From the human T2T-CHM13v2.0 reference genome, Homo sapiens: DNA of 64,000 nucleotides. The notes beneath the pieces were generated by a model, which was not told where the DNA came from, did no database searches, and saw only the letters and a program-made list of their open reading frames with translations. The translations under genes and the position numbers were made by a program. The stretch lies in NCBI RefSeq assembly GCF_009914755.1, contig NC_060927.1. One strand, written 5' to 3'. Shown here one piece after another: positions 46,614 through 62,700 of the stretch. The first letter of the stretch is position 1. Every line of letters begins with the position of its first letter.

Positions 46614-48346
46614 TGAATCCAGCGGCACATCAAAAAGCTTATCCACCATGATCAAGTGAGCTTAATCCCTGGGATGCAAGTCTGGTTCAACATATGCAAA
46701 TCAATAAACGTAATCCAGCATATAAACAGAACCAATGACAAAAACCACATGATTATCTCAATAGATGCAGAAAAGGCCTTTGACAAAATTCAACAACGCT
46801 TCATGCTAAAAACTCTCAATAAATTAGATATTGATAGGACGTATCTCAAAATAATAAGAGCTATTTATGACAAACCCACAGCCAATATCATACTGAATGG
46901 GCAAAAACTGGAAGCATTCCCTTTGAAAACCTGCACAAGACAGGGATGCCCTCTCTCACCATTCCTATTCAACATAGTGTTGGAAGTTCTGGCCAGGGCA
47001 ATCAGGCAGGAGAAAGAAATAAAGGGTATTCAGTTAGGAAAAGAGGAAGTCAAATTCTCCCTGTTTGCAGATTACATGATTGTATATCTAGAAAACCCCA
47101 TCATCTCAGCCCAAAATCTCCTTAGGCTGATAAGCAACTTCAGCAAAGTCTCAGGATATAAAATCAATGTACAAAAGTCACAAGCATTCTTATACACCAA
47201 TAACAGACAAACAGAGAGCCAAATCAGGAGTGAACTCCCATTCACAATTGCTATAAAGAGAATAAAATACCTAGGAATCCAACTTACAAGGGATGTGAAG
47301 GACCTCTTCAAGGACAGCTACAAACCACTGCTCAATGAAATGAAAGTGGACACAAACAAATGGAAGAACATTCCATGCTCATGGATAGGAAGAATCAATT
47401 TCATGAAAATGGCCATACTGCTCAAGGTAATTTATAGATTCAATGCCATCTCCATTAAGCTACCAATGACTTTCTTCACAGAATTGGAAAAAACTACTTT
47501 AAAGTTCATATGGAACCAAAAAAGAGCCCGCATCGCCAAGTCAATCCTAAGCCAAAAGAACAAAGCTGGAGGCATCCGGCTACCTGACTTCAAACTATTC
47601 TACAAGGCTACAGTAACCAACACAGCATGGTACTGGTACCAAAACAGAGATATAGACCGATGGAACAGAACAGAGCCCTCAGAAATAATACCACACATCT
47701 ACAACTATCTGATCTTTGACAAATCTGATAAATACAAGAAATGGGAAAAGGATTCCCCATTTAATAAATGGCGCTGGAAAAACTGGCTAGCCATATGTAG
47801 AAAGCTGAAACTGGATCCCTTCCTTACACCTTATACAAAAATTAATTCAAGATTGATAAAAGACTTAAATGTTAGACCTAAAGCCAGAAAAACACTAGAA
47901 GAAAACCTAGGCAATACCATACAGGACATAGGCATGGGCAAGGACTTCATGTCTAAAATACCAAGAGCAATGGCAACAAAAGACAAAATTGCCAAATGGG
48001 ATCTAATTAAACTCAAGAGCTTCTGCACAGCAAAAGAAACTACCATCAGAGTGAACAGGCAATCTACAGAATGGGAGAAAATTTTTGCAATCTACTCCTT
48101 TGACAAAGGGCTAATATCCAAAATCTACAAAGAACTCAACCAAATTTACAAGAAAAAACAAACAACCCCATCAACAAGTGGGCAAAGGATATGAACAGAC
48201 ACTTCTCAAAAGAAGACATTTATGCAGCCAACAGACACATGAAAAAATGCTCATCATCACTGGCCATCAGAGAAATGCAAATCAAAACCACAATGAGATA
48301 TCATCTCACACCAGTTAGAATGGCGATCATTAAAAAGTCAGGAAAC

Positions 48347-48647
48347 GGCCGGGCGCGGTGGCTCACGCCTGTAATCCCAGCACTTTGGGAGGCCGAGGCG
48401 GGTGGATCATGATGTCAGGAGATCGAGACCATCCTGGCTAACAAGGTGAAACCCCGTCTCTACTAAAAATACAAAAAATTAGCCGGGCGCGGTGGCGGGC
48501 GCCTGTAGTCCCAGCTACTCGGGAGGCTGAGGCAGGAGAATGGCGTGAACCCGGGGAAGCGGAGCTTGCAGTGAGCCGAGATTGCGCCACTGCAGTCCGC
48601 AGTCTGGCCTGGGCAACAGAGCGAGACTCCGTCTCAAAAAAAAAAAA
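48347..48647 (+). mobile_element. AluYb8
   Basis: 7-bp duplication 'gcagtccgcagtc', plus 'gggtggatcatga', 'aacaaggtg', 'ggaagcgg', 'gagattgcg'; perfect TSD aaaaagtcaggaaac (48332-48346/48648-48662). Confidence 0.93.
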
Positions 48648-50660
48648 AAAAAGTCAGGAAACAACAGGTGCTGGAGAGGATGTGGAGAAATGGGAACACT
48701 TTTACACTGTTGGTGGGACTGTAAACTAGTTCAACCATTGTGGAAGACTGTGTGACTATTCCTCAGGGATCTAGAACTAGAAATACCATTTGACCCAGCC
48801 ATCCCATTACTGGGTGTATACCCAAAGGAATATAAATCATGCTGCTATAAAGACACATGCACACATATGTTTATTATGGCACTATTCACAATAACAAAGA
48901 CTTGGAACCAACCCAAATGTCCAACAATGATAGACTGGATTAAGAAAATGAGGCACATATACACCATGGAATACTATGCAGCCATAAAAAATGATGAGTT
49001 CATGTCCTTTGTAGGGACATGGATGAAGCTGGAAACCATCATTCTCAGCAAACTATCGCAAGGACAAAAAAACCAAACACCACATGTTCTCACTCATAAG
49101 TGGGAATTGAACAATGAGAACACTTGAACACAGGAAGGGGAACATCACACACTGGGGCCTGTTGTGGGGTGGGGGGAGTGGGGAGGGATAGCATTAGGAG
49201 ATATACCTAATGTAAATGATGAGTTAATGGGTGCAGCACACTAACATGGCACATGTATATATATGTAACAAACCTGCATGTTGTGCACATGTACCCTAGA
49301 ACTTAAAGTATAATAAAAAATATATATATATAATAGAAATGCTAAAATGAGTTCTAAATCTTAAAATGAAATCTCAGTGTACACGAGAATACAACTACTT
49401 GAAAGCGTAAAATTCACAGGGCCTATGAAACAATAACACAATGAAGAAAAAAAGTATCTAGTTAACAATTAGCATGATGAATTGAACAATACCTCACATC
49501 TCAATATTAACATTGAACATAAATAGCTTAAATGCTCCTCTTAAAAAATACAGATTGGCAGAATGTATTTTAAAAAATCACAAACTAAATATCTGCTGTC
49601 TTCAAGAGACCTACCTAACATGTGAGAATTCATATACATTCAAGGCAAAAGGCTGTAAAAAAGATATTCCATGCAAACGTAAATTGAAAGCAAGCAAGAG
49701 TAGCTATTCTTATATCAGATAAAACAGACTTTAAAGCAACGACAGTGAAAAAAGAAAAAGAAATTCCCTATATAATGATAAAAGGATCAACCCAACAAGA
49801 AGATATTACAATCCTAAATTTATATGCACCTATCACTGGAGATCCCAGATTTATAAAACAATTCCTTAAACCTGGGAAACGAGATACACAGCAACACAAT
49901 ATTAATGGGCTACTTGAACATTCTGCTGACTGCACTAGACAAATCATTGAGACATAAAGTCAACAAAAAAAATGGACTTAAACTATAATCTAGAACAAGT
50001 GGCTCTAACACATATTTACAGTATATTCTACCCAAGAACTATAGAACATACATTCTTTTCGTCAGCACATGGAACATTCTCGAAGACAGACCGTGTGATA
50101 GGCCACAAAACAAGTCTAAATAAATTTTTAAAAATCAAAATTATATCAGGTATCTTCTCAGACCACTGCAGAATAAAACTAAAAATCAACTGCCAAAGGA
50201 ACCCTCAAAACTATACAAATACATGGAAATTAAACAATCTGCTCCTGAATGATTTTTGGGATTAACAATGAAATCAAGAAGGAAATTTAAAAATTCTTTG
50301 AAATGAATTATAATAGTGACACAAGTTATTAAAACCTCTGGGATAAAACAAAAGCAGTGCTAAGAGGAAAGTTTATAGCAGTAAATGTCTACATCAAAAA
50401 GTCTCAAAGATCATAAATTGGCAACCTAATGTTACATCTCAAGGAACTAGAGAAACAGGAACAAACTAAACCCAAAGCTAGCAGCAGAAAAAAAAAATAA
50501 CAACGATCAGAGCAGAACTAAATAAAATTGAAACAAAAAATCAAAAGATCAATGAAACTAATATCTGACTCTTTAAAACGATAAACAAAGTTGATAACCA
50601 TTAGATAGATTAACCAACTAAAGAAAAGAGAAGATTCGAATAAGCTCAATTTGAAATTAA

Positions 50661-51266
<606 letters not shown>

Positions 51267-53532
51267 TAATACCAATCCTACTGAAACTATTCCAAAAGAT
51301 CAAGAAGAAAGAATCCTCCATAACTCGTTCTATGAAGCCAGTATCATCCTCATAACAAAACCAGGAAATGACATAACAACAACAACAACAAAAAAACTAA
51401 CAATCAATATCCTTGATGAACATAGATGCAAAAATCTTCAACAAAATACTAGCTAACTGAATCCAACACCACATCAAAAAGATAATACACTATGATCAAG
51501 TGGGCTTCATCCAAAGGATGTACAGATGGTTTAGCATACTCAAGTCAATAAATGTGACACATCACATAAACAGAATTAAAGACAAAAGTCATATAATAAT
51601 TTCAGTAGATGCAGAAAAAGCATTTGATAAAATACAGCATTGCTTTATCATAAAACCTCTCAACAAACTATCCATAGAGGGAACTCACCTCAAAATAATA
51701 AAAGTCATATATTAAAAAAACTCACAGCAAACATCATACTGAATGGGGAAAATTTGAAAGCATTAGCCCTGGGACCTGGAACAAGACATGGAGGCCCACT
51801 TTCACCACTTCAATTTGACATAGTACTGGAAGTCCTAGCCAGAGCAATCAGGCAAGAGAAAGAAATAGAGGGCATCAAATTGGAAAAGAGAAAATCAAAC
51901 TATCACTGTTGGCTGATAATACGATGATATACCTAGAAAACCCTAAAGATTCATCCAAAAGACTCCTAGATTTGATAAATGAATTCAGTAGTCTCAGGTT
52001 ACAAAATGAGTGTATACAAATCAGTAGCACCACTATATATCAACAACAGCCAAGCTGAGAATCAAGTCAAGAGCTCAATCCCTTCTACAAGAGCTGCAGA
52101 AAATAAAATAAAATACCTAGGAATATACTTAACCAAGGAGGTGAAAAATCTCTGCAAGGAGAACTACAAAACACTGCTGAAAGATATCATAGATGAAACA
52201 AACAAATGAAAGCATATCCAATGCTCATAAATTGGAAGAAACAATATCTTTAAAATGACCATACTGCCCAAACCAATCTACAGGTCCAATGTAATTCCTA
52301 TTCAAAGTTCCAATATCATTTTTCACAAAATTAGAAAAAAAAATCCTAAAATTCATATGGAACCAAAAAGGAGCCCAAATAGTCAAAGCAATCCTAAGGG
52401 AAAAAACAAATCTGGAGGCATCACATTAACCAGCCTTCAAATTATACTACAAGTCTATAGTTACCAAAACAGTATGGTACTGGCTTAAAAGTAGGCACAT
52501 AGACTAATGGAACAGAATAGAGAACCCAGAAATAAAGCCAAATACTTACAACCAACTGATCTTTGACAAAGCATACAAAAACATAAATTGGGGGAAAGGA
52601 CACTGTGTTTAATAAATGGTGCTGAGAAAACTGGCTAGCCACAGATAGAAGAGTAAAACTGGATCCATATCTTTCACCTTATACAAAAATCATCTCAAGA
52701 TGGATCAAAGACTTAAATCTAAGACGTGAAACCATAAAACATCTAGAAGATAACATTGGAAAAACTCTTCTGGACATTAGCCTAGGCAAAGGATTCATGA
52801 GTAAGACCCCCAAAGCAAGTGCAACAAAACAAAAATATATAAATGGAACCTAATCAAACTAAAAATCTTTTGTACAGCAAAAGAAATAATCATCAGAGTA
52901 AACAGACAACCCATATAATGGGAGCAAATATTTGCAAACTATGCATCTGACAATGGACTAATATCCAGAATCTACAAGGAACTCAAACAAATCATCTAGA
53001 AAAAAACAAATGAGCCCATCAAAAGAAAAGTGGACACATGACATGAATAGACATTTCTCAAAAGAAAATATACAAATGGCCAGTAAACATATGAAAAAAT
53101 GCTCAACATCACTAATCATCAGGGAAATGAAAATTTAAACCACAAGCAAGATACCGCCTTACTCCTGCAAGAGTAGCCATAATTAAAAAGTCAGAAAACA
53201 ATAGATGTTGGTGTGGACATGGTGAAAAGGGAGCACTTTTACACTGCTGGTGAGAATGTAAATTAGTACAACCACTATGGAAAACAGTATGGAGATTCCT
53301 TAAAGAACCAAAAGTAGAACTACCATTTGATCCAATCTATCAAGATTGAATCATGAGGAAATAGAAAATCTGAAGATATCAATAATGCATAAGAAGATTG
53401 AATAAGTAATCAAAAACCTCCCAACAAAGAAAAGCCTAAGACCTGATGGCTTCACTGGTGAATTCTACCAAACCTTTAAAGAGAACTTACACCAACCTTT
53501 CTCAAATTCTTTCAGAAAATGGAAAAGGTAAG

Positions 53533-53964
53533 TGGCTTAGTCTGTTTTGAATTGCTATAAAGGAACAACTGAGGCTGGATAATTTATGAAGAAAAGAGGT
53601 TTATTTTGCTCATGGTTCATCAGACAGTACATGAAGCATGGCAGCAGCATCTGCTTCTGGTGAGAACTTCAGGCTTCTTCCACTCATGGCAGAAGGTAAA
53701 GGAGAGCCACATGTGCAAATCGCATGGCAAGAGGAAGAAAGACAGAGGGAGTGGAGGAAGTGCCATGTTCTTTTCAACAACTAGTTCTCACAGGAACTAA
53801 GACTGGGAACTCACTCACTCCCACAAGAAGGGCACAAAGTCACTCAGAAGGGATCTGTCCCTCATGACCTAAACACTTCCCACCAGTTCCCACCTCCAAT
53901 AATGGAGATCATATTTCAACAAGCGACATGGTGGGACCAAACACACCATATCTAAACCATAGCA
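53533..53964 (-). mobile_element. MSTB/MSTC-like solo LTR
   Basis: 'cttagtctgttt..ttgctataaaggaa..ctgaggctgg.taatttatgaagaaaagaggttta' ... 'tctaaaccatagca'. Confidence 0.85.
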
Positions 53965-55265
53965 CAGGACAAATATCCCAATGAACACAGATGCAAAAAT
54001 CCTCAACAAAATACTAGTGAACAAAATTAAACTACAATGTAAGAGGATCATATACCATGACCAAGCAAGATTTATTACTGGGATACAAGAATGGTTCAAC
54101 ATATGCAAATCAATACATGTTATACACCACGTTAACAGAATATAAAGTAAAAATCATATGATCCTCTCAATAAATGCAGAAAAAGCATTTGACAACATTC
54201 AGCATCCTTTCATGAAAAAAAAACCTCTCAAAATATCAGATATAGAAGGAATGTGCCTCAATATAATAGAAGCCATAGATAACAAGCCCAAAGCTAACGT
54301 CATACCCAACAGTGGAAAGCTGAATACTTTTTCTCTAAGATTAGGGACAATACAAGGATGCCCAATTTCACCATTTCTTTTCAACGTAGTACTGAAAGTT
54401 CTAGCCAGAGCAATTAGGCAATAAAAAAGAAACAAAAGGCATTCAAAGAAGAAAGAAAGAAGTTATACTGTCTCTGTTTGCAGATTACATACATGATCTC
54501 ATATGCAGAAAATCCTAAAGACACCACCAAAACCTGTTAAAATGACTAAATGAATTCAGTAAAGCTTCAGGATAAAAAAAATCAGCATACAAAAACGAGT
54601 TGTGTTTCTATACATTAACAACAAGCTATCAGAAAAGAAATGAAGAAATAGTTTCATTTGTCATAGCATCAAAAATAAAATACTTAGGAATAAATTTAAT
54701 TAAGAAGATGAAAAATCTATACACCGAAAACCATAAAACATTGATAAAAGGAATTGAAGAAGACACAGATAAATGCAAAGATATCTATATCTCATATTCA
54801 TGAATGAGGAGAATTAATACTGTTAAAATGTTCATACCACTCAAAGCAATCTATAGATGCAATGCGATCCCTATCAAAATTCCCATGTCATTTTTCAGAG
54901 AAATAGAAAAAAAATCCTAAAATTTATATGGAATCACAAAAGACTCTGAATACCCAAAGCAATATTGAGCAAGAAGAACAAAGCTGGCATCACACTACTT
55001 GATTTCAAAATATACTACAAAGGTATAGGAATCAAAACAGTATGGTACTGGCATAAAAGCAGACATATAGATCAATGAAACAGAATAGAGAGCCCAGAAA
55101 TAAATCCGCATGTTTATAGCCAATTGGTTTTTGACAAGGTTCCAAAAACAAACAATGAGGAAAAAACAGTCTCTTCAATAAATGATATTGGAAGAACTGT
55201 ATATTCACATGCAGAAGAGTGAAATTGGACCCTTAACTCACACCTTATCAAAAAAAATTAACTCA

Positions 55266-55570
55266 GGCCAGGCACACTGGCTCATGCCTATAATACCAGC
55301 ACTTTGGGAGGCCAAGGAGAAAGGATTGCTTGAGCTCAAGAGTTTGAGACCAGCCTGGTCAACATAGACCCAATATCTACAATCAATCAGTCAATCAATC
55401 AATCAATAAGCTAGGCATGTTATCATGTGCCTATAGTCCCAGCTACTCAAGAGGCCAAGATGGGAGGATCCCGTCAGCCCAAGAAGTTGAGGCTGCGGTG
55501 AGCCATGATCACACTACTGTACTCTAGCCTCAGTGACACAGTAAAAGCCCACCTCCAAAAAATAAAAAGT
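55266..55570 (+). mobile_element. AluJ
   Basis: 'aggattgcttgagctcaagagtttgagaccagcctgg', (TCAA)n linker, 'gaggctgcggtgagccatgatc'. Confidence 0.9.
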
Positions 55571-56854
55571 AAATCAACAGAGAATTGATTAAAGATTTAA
55601 ATGTAAGACCTGAGACTATAAAACTACTAGAAGAAAACATAGGGGAAAAGCTTCTTGATATTGATCTGAGCAATGAATTTTTAGATATGACCCCAGAAGC
55701 ACAGGCAACAATGCAAAAATAGACAAATGGAATGCATGCTTCTGCACAGCAAAGGAAACAATCAACAAAGTGAAGAGACAATACAGAATGGGAGAAAATA
55801 CTGCAAACCCTACATCTGATAAGCAGTTAATATCCAAAAGATACAAGGAAATTAAATAACTCAATAGTAAGAAAACAAACAATCTAATTTTTTAATGGGC
55901 AAATTACCTAAATGGATATTTCTCAAAAGACGTGGCCAACAACAGGTATATGAAAAAATGTTCAAATAATTAATTACCAGGGAAATTCAAATCAAAACTA
56001 CAATGAGATATTACCTCACACATCTTAGAAGAGCTATCATCAAAAGACAAAAAATAATAAGAATATAGAGAAAAAGGGATAAAAGTAGTAGAACTTTCTC
56101 AAAAAATTAAATATAGAACTACTATATGATCCAACAATCCCACTTCTTTGTGTATACCAATAGGAAATGAAATCAGTATTCTGAAGAAATACATCTACTC
56201 CCATGTTCATGGCAGCATTATAACAATAGCAAAGATGTGGAATCAGTGTAGGTGTCCATCAACACACAAATAGATAAAGAAAATGTGATGTATAGATATG
56301 CAATGGAATATTATTCAGCCTTAAAAAAAGAAGAAAGTATTGTCACTTGTGACAACATGGATGGACCTGAAGGACATTATGTTAAGTGAAATAAGCCAGA
56401 TGCAGAGAGACAAAAACTGCATGCTCTCACTTATATGTGGGATCTAAAAATGATGAATTAGAAACAGATTAGTAGGGCAGTGGTTGCCAGGAACTAGAGA
56501 GTGGGGGAAATGGGGAGATCTTGGTTAAAGGGTACAAAGTTGCTAGGCAGGATGAATAAGTTCTGGAGATCTAATGATAGCAAGGTGACTATAGTTAGTA
56601 TACTGCAATATATACTGGAAATTTGCTAAAAGAGTAGATCTTAAATGTTCTCACCACATACTCACACACAAAATGGTAACTAGGTGAGTTGATGGATATG
56701 TTTGTTAGCTTGATTATGGTAATTATTCCATAATGTAAACATATATAAAAATTATGTTGTATACCTTAAATATATACAAGTTTTGTCAGTTATACCTAAA
56801 TAAGGTTGGAAAATAAATAAATAATAAAGTTTGGGTAACATTCTTATTAAAAAA

Positions 56855-58265
<1,411 letters not shown>

Positions 58266-59094
58266 AACCCTTATTTAGGATTTTCACATCTATGCTTATA
58301 AGTGAAAGTGGCTATAATTTTCTTTTCCTGTATTATCTTGCCTTGTTTTGGCATCAAGATTATACAAATCTCAGCAAGCTTGACAGCTTTTACACTTTTA
58401 AGAATTTTTTGAATGGTGGAAGAGGCTCACAGAGTCACTGTAAAGAGCAATTACATAATATGTGAGTGTGTGTTGAATAACACAATGCTCTGAAACATAT
58501 AAGCAATTATTCTGTTATCATCACCATTGCATTTCAGTTCTGCTCTTACGTATGTCCATAACCATCTGAACTGTTCACATTGGAAATAATTTCAGTTTGG
58601 CTTCAACAAAGACAACTCTGAAGATTCTGAATCAGTTTGGTTTGGAAAAAAGTGAGAGAGAGAAAGCTTTATGGATGTAAATATCAAGTACAGATAACAG
58701 AAACTTAAAAAGAGATATAGTTCAAGTTCCAAATGTGATTTGGACAAAATTAAGTAAAAGGTCACTTGTACTTGACTCTTAACCTAAAAAGGAATATTAA
58801 ATAAGTTATGTTCCATTGCAATTCTCTTTGTGGCATATTTGCTGCTCTCCAAATCACCTTTAATATAAAAGATAAAATAATCTCAAAACACTGGTATTAA
58901 ATACTGAAATGGTAATATAGATGCCTTGCTTTAATAATTCTGGTATAGTTTTCTAAGTCCTTAAAAAAATCTGTTGTTTACATATAATTAGAATGAATGA
59001 ACAAATAACCATGTTTTTATCAATTTCAACTACTCTCAGCCATGAGACTTGAAAGTGGCGAACTTCCAGGGAAAGGGTTAGAAGAACTGGCAAG

Positions 59095-59270
59095 GCGAGC
59101 TAGGGTAGTGCCAGGGGCTTTCACGTTACATTTAATCACAAGAACACTGCAATGAGGAAAATATTATCCCCATTTAATTACAAAGAAACTTGAGTCAAAG
59201 GTTAAGTAACATGTACACAATCATATGGCCAGGAGACTCTCATACCAGAACTTGAATCAAAGTCTCTCCT
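59095..59270 (-). mobile_element. MIR
   Basis: 'catttaatcaca..attatccccatt..aaggttaagtaac.tg..caa.tcatatggcc'. Confidence 0.6.
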
Positions 59271-60544
59271 CCTCCAAGGCCCACCCTCTTTCTACTTATA
59301 CCAGTGAAAGTCGGCAGAGGTTCCCACTCTATTTGAAAATGAACTGGGGTAAAAACTGAGAAATGACTCAGAGTAATCACAGACGTAGAACATTTGCTGC
59401 AAGAGACACATTTGAATGTTATCTGAACATCCTGTGGTTTTGAAGAATTATCCCTTTTCCCAGGACAAGCAAAGTCCAGGCCCATCACAAGCCATACATC
59501 TTTTCAGAAGACATAAACATTTTCCCTTGTTTCTTCATCTCTCTGACTTGACAGACATAATGAAAACAGAACAGTCTACCAATAAGCATAGATTTATCTT
59601 TTTCAATACAATCTATTAAAGCTTAATTGACAACCATAACTATTAAAAATTGAAGAATGATAAAAGTTAAAAGTTTTCAATACATTCAGAAAAACCACAG
59701 GTAAATCAGAAAGATAGGCAGGAAAAGGGCCAGATGCTTAATGGAAACTCCCACCCAACAGTAAATCATCAAATGAAGTTGCAGAGACTCAGACTCCCTA
59801 ACAAGGTAGCTCCATCAGGTCACTTCAGGTGTGTTCACACCAACAGCATTGCATGGAAGTGGTCGGTCCAGAGCAAGCAGAGCTCACAGCTGGAGAATCA
59901 TGTAAGTGTGGTCATGATATGGCCCTAGGAAAATCACAGAGGGGGAACTGAGGAGGGCAACATGGGAACTCAGCCCTGGGAACTCCTAGCCTGATGGGCA
60001 CACTCATCATTTAGCAATCATTATCATAATTACCACGAAATTATTGTTGTCCTTGGGGGTGGGGAGAAGGCCTATTTTTGCACTCTGGTTTCACCAAAGG
60101 TTCCAAGATGACTACTTCAATTTTCAGAATAAATAATTTCTTTTCCCAAGATTGTCTCAGAGAAGCCAAGCCTTACCTCATGACTTTTAATTCTAGTTCT
60201 CTAATATGAATTTTTCAGTGGCCTTGGGCAAGGTGTTGGAGTGCTCAATGCCTTAATTCCTCTAGTTGCTAAATAGCAATAATGATACCTGCTGTCTTCA
60301 GGCTGTAAGACTAATTGCTTAAAAATTGCTAAGTGTTTTGAAAAAAAATAGCTTGTGGGGGAAGAACATCATTTTTGGGAGACAGTGCAATGTAAATAGC
60401 ATCTTTGAGTCTTTGATTTGCGTCTTTCAGCATACTCCAAATTTCGCTCACATCTTCAAACTCACTTAATTCCTTCCCACCTCAGCACCTGCCCACATTC
60501 AGATCCCTGTGTAAGATGTTCTCATCCTGTCCCTGCTCTGCCAT

Positions 60545-60860
60545 CACCTGATCAATGCCTACATATCCTCATTTCTCAGCTTAAGTGTCCCTTCCTCAGA
60601 GAAGCTTCATGAGGGCAGGAAGGGCAAGGACAGTGCCTGTCTTGGTCACCACTGAATCCCCAGTGCCTAGCACAGCATCTGACATATGGAAAAGGCTCAA
60701 TAAATATCTATTTCATTTATTTATTTAATGAACATACGTGGAATCTTGGGCAATTCATTTAATAACCGTGAGCCTTTGTTATCTCATCTGCAAAATAGAT
60801 AGCTAAAATAAATCATCTCCAGTGTCCCTTCAGCACTAACATTCTGGGACTGTGACTTGG
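60545..60860 (+). mobile_element. L2 3' end followed by a MIR3-like fragment
   Basis: 'catgagggcagg..tgtcttggtcaccactgaatccccagtgcctagcacag..gctcaataaatat'; then 'tcttgggcaa.tcatttaa..gagcct..ctcatctgcaaaat'. Confidence 0.7.
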
Positions 60861-60941
60861 GGATCAGCATCCTCCTGTTGACCTTAAGCCACTTTTTCAT
60901 TTTATTCTACCTAACGGTTTCTACGTAACTACCAAGATTAC

Positions 60942-61410
60942 CATGATGGTTAATTTTATGTGTCAACTTGGCTGGGCCACAGGGTATCCAGATATTTGGT
61001 CAAACATTATTCTGGGTGTCTCCATGAGAGTGTTTTGGATGAGATTAACATGTAAATTAACATGCTGTTGATTCTGAGTAAAGCAGATTGCCCTTCGTAA
61101 TGTAGGCTGGCCTCATTCAGTCAGTTGGCAGCCTGGATAGAACAAAAAGACCAGCCTCCCACAATCAAGAAAGAATTCTCCAGCAGACTGCCTTCAAACT
61201 TTATCTGCACATCAGCTCTTCTTGGTTTTACAGCAGACTGCCATTAAACTCTACCTGAAACATTGGCTATCTTGGTTTTCCAGGGAGTTGGCCCACTCTG
61301 CAGATTCTGGATTTGCCAGCCTCCATAATCACATCAGCCAATTCCTTAATATATATTTTTTTAAAATTAATGAATATGTATATATTCATTGCTTGCATCA
61401 CATGTTGGTT
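60942..61410 (+). mobile_element. MLT2 (ERVL) LTR
   Basis: 'tgatggttaattttatgtgtcaacttggctgggcc..ccagatatttggtcaaacattattctgggtgt..gagtaaagcagattgccct..gccagcctccataatcac'. Confidence 0.85.
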
Positions 61411-62189
61411 TTCCTTTGTGGTATAACATAGTTGTATTCAATATTAATGCATATTTTTTCTGTTCGGGATATTTTTATGCAAACTTTACCTAACATGGGA
61501 GGCACCACCATTTTGCCTGAAGACCCTAATTCTCAAATTAGAATAGAGCCATAACAGTTTCTGCTTATTCAGTAGCTTGTCAATTGGTATATACATTTAA
61601 GGATGGCCTTGCTAGAAAGTTGGGTATTTCATGAAGGGAGTTGTAGTGAAATTTCCACTCCATTCTGGCTCATCCCCCAAAATTTTGGAGTCATAGGCCA
61701 GAAGTAGTCCCATAGGAAAGTCTAACATTTTCTCTGACTGAAAGAAAATCACGTTTCCCATGTGTGAAAAATATCCTAAATAAACACAATCAACTCAAAC
61801 TCCAGGTAACCAGTTGAGTGTTGTTTTATAAATACACTATCAAATAAGTTTAGTCTATATGGCTTCTCACTATAATGAGCAAGAATTTTTCTGTTTCCTT
61901 CTTGTCTCTTTCTTCTTCTTTTCAGCCTGCAAGTACTGTCAAAATAACAGCCAGACAGTAAGAGAGAAGTCAGAGCAGCCCATCAAAAATAAGAGTCACA
62001 TGACAATTATTTCATGATGGAAACTTTCAGCAAAGTGCGACTAGGATAAAAGTAGGATCACTTGTGACTTTGTTATGTCACACCATTTGAAAGGGGAGGA
62101 CCTAATTTTATGTTACACTTAAATCTATTAAATTAAAATCCAAAGAAAAAATAATTTTTACTCAAAAGTTATTCAATGATTTCAATAAT

Positions 62190-62700
62190 ATGAAAATATA
62201 TATGGATAAGGTTATTCACCTATGTCCACTGTTTGTAATTGTAAAATATTAGAAACAACCTAAACATTCATACATAGGAAAATGATTGAATAAACTATGG
62301 TACATCCATACAATGGAGTACTACACAGCTTGAAAAAAAAGAGCACAGCTAAAGAACAAAGAAAATCTCTATAAACTGGTGTGGTGGAATTTTTAGGACA
62401 TTTAGTGAAAAAAGCAAAATGCAATACAGTACCTTTATATGCTACCTTTTCATAAAAAAAGAAGAGAAAGAGAAGAAAATGTACATGTATCTGTACATTC
62501 ATTCAAAAAGAAACACAAGAAGGATAAACCAAAGGCTGTAGAGATTGCTGAGACTGGTTAACCACAGCGGGAGGAGATAATAAGGGGATATAATAGAAGG
62601 ATTTGGCAAAGGGAGGTGAAAATGTTACTTCCTAAGAATGTCTTTTTGCACAGTTCTGACTTTTGGAACCACATTAATGGTTCACATGCTGAAAAAAAGT
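62190..62700 (+). mobile_element. Ancient L1MC/ME 3' fragment
   Basis: 'gaaacaacctaaacattcat..ataaactatggtacatccatacaatgga.tactacacagc'. Confidence 0.6.

Larger units (their letters stand above)
53336..56828 (+). mobile_element. L1MA/MB-type ORF2 and 3'UTR, interrupted by an MST LTR and an Alu
   Basis: RT fragment ([16 protein letters not shown]); 3'UTR 'gagtagatcttaaatgttctcaccac..aatggtaacta..tataccttaaatatatac' and A-rich tail. Confidence 0.8.
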